Positions 62,721-64,000 of a DNA stretch of 64,000 nucleotides are shown piece after piece; the first letter of the stretch is position 1, and each line of letters begins with the position of its first letter. A model generated the notes under the pieces. It was not told where the DNA came from and did no database searches. It worked only from the letters and a program-made list of their open reading frames with translations. Source of the stretch: Chiloscyllium plagiosum (lineage: Eukaryota); NCBI RefSeq assembly GCF_004010195.1, contig NW_025215325.1:1-64000 (forward strand), given 5' to 3'. The translations under genes and the position numbers were made by a program.

Positions 62721-62809
62721 CCATCTCACCCTCCCTCAGGAGGTTTCACCATGCTCCATATCTCCCTCGTGTCACTTTAACACCATTTCCTGTCAGCTTT
62801 TGGTTCATG

Positions 62810-62990
62810 GCCCACCTGCGGCCTGTCACTGGGCTCCGGGCCTGCAGCCTCGGGCTCTGGTAGTTGCCGCTCACCGTCGCCGAGACCCCGGTCGGGCGCC
62901 GCCAGCGCGCTTGCGCAGACCCGGAGGCCTCTGGGTAATGTAGTCCCTGAGCCGGTCACGACAGAGTGCATGCGCAAAACTGCTCTACGA
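62810..62990 (-). promoter_or_regulatory. CpG-rich promoter and probable non-coding first exon
   Basis: Local CpG cluster. On the minus strand: ggACTACAttaCCCAgaggcc (62925-62946, ZNF143/THAP11-type), NRF1-like TGCGCAAGCGCG (62906-62917) and TGCGCATGCAC (62966-62976), donors CG|gtgagc (62875) and CAG|gtgggc (62816). Confidence 0.7.
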
Positions 62991-63349
62991 AAGGGACAGC
63001 AGAGGTCGATGGGCAGAATGGGTCTTGGCTGATCAGCAATCAGCATCCACCACCCTCTCAATAAATACCACATTTTAAAAACATTTCTCTTACACAAGTA
63101 TTAATATTGACATTGGAAATTATACAAGAGACTGCAATTCAATTTTATTCCAATTTCAATTTCTAGTTTATTTCAAAAACATTTGAGCTATTAGTTAATT
63201 TTATTTAACCAAACATTTCAGCATGCAGTTCGTACTTAAGAGCTTCCCCCCATCCTTTGCGTGATATATCCCGTTTATTCCTCTTTACCAAAATAACTTT
63301 TCCCAGTATACCATTAAGAGAAATAATTTGTAGCTAAAAAACAACTTTT

Positions 63350-63920
63350 CACAATCACAAAACATTTTAAGGCACCTTTACAGCAGGTGTAACATGGTTT
63401 AATGCTGCGTGCTCTGTTGTAAGAAATGCAGCAACCAATTTACACACATCTGACAAATAACAATATGGTCATGACAGAGTGATCTGCTTTGCTGATGTTC
63501 ATTGTGAGATTAATCTCTGTCAGGACACTGGGAGAAACACTTCACTCTTCTTGAAATAGTACGATGCGATTTATTTCACATCCACCCGGGAGAAGGAAGC
63601 TTATCCAAATTATGTGGAGAAAGTGAGGTCTGCAGATGCTGGAGATCAGAGCTGGAAATGTGTTGCTGGAAAAGCGCAGCAGGTCAGGCAGCANNNNNNN
63701 NNNNNGAAGAAGGGCTTATGCCCGAAACGTCGATTCTCCTGTTCCCTGGATGCTGCCTGACCTGCTGCGCTTTTCCAGCAACACATTTCCAGCCCTATCC
63801 AAATTATGTCACTTCCAAAAGTACACACTCCCTCAGTACTGTACCACACTGTCAGCCCAGATTATACGTTAATAGCAAAGGAATTGGATTTGAGCTCCTC
63901 ACTCAAGGAAGCATTCAACC
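63350..63920 (+). mobile_element. DeuSINE-like element interrupted by a fold-back insertion
   Basis: Deu-like core (caggacactgggagaaacacttcactcttcttgaaatagt...catccacc) and 3' part cactccctcagtactgtaccacactgtcagcccagatt. Confidence 0.6.
63616..63795. mobile_element. Young fold-back Penelope-derived element
   Basis: Inverted arms (centre in a small N gap) and a perfect 14-bp TSD tatccaaattatgt (63602-63615, 63796-63809). Confidence 0.85.
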
Positions 63921-64000
63921 ACTAATATGTGTATCAGGAACATCGTAACAAGAAGTGACCAGTCAGTTGTCATTAACAGAAGAGAACTCCAACCTATGCC

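Overview
Repeat-rich vertebrate genomic DNA, most likely a shark (inferred from HE1-like SINEs, HER1/CR1 LINEs and DeuSINE-like elements), with several N gaps. The minus strand carries the 5' part of an STXBP4 (syntaxin-binding protein 4)-like gene. I assembled seven phase-compatible coding exons (48531 down to 8205). They encode an extra N-terminal PDZ domain followed by the start of the canonical STXBP4 PDZ. Upstream are three candidate in-frame exons, two of them a duplicated pair whose shared core differs only at silent sites, and a CpG-rich ZNF143/NRF1-type promoter near 62.9 kb. The introns hold CR1 LINEs, tRNA-derived SINEs, a Harbinger fossil, five large minisatellite arrays and many Penelope-like elements. 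Many of the Penelope-like copies are short fold-back insertions with target-site duplications (TSDs) and minimal hammerhead-ribozyme cores. All calls were made by eye, and repeat boundaries are approximate.
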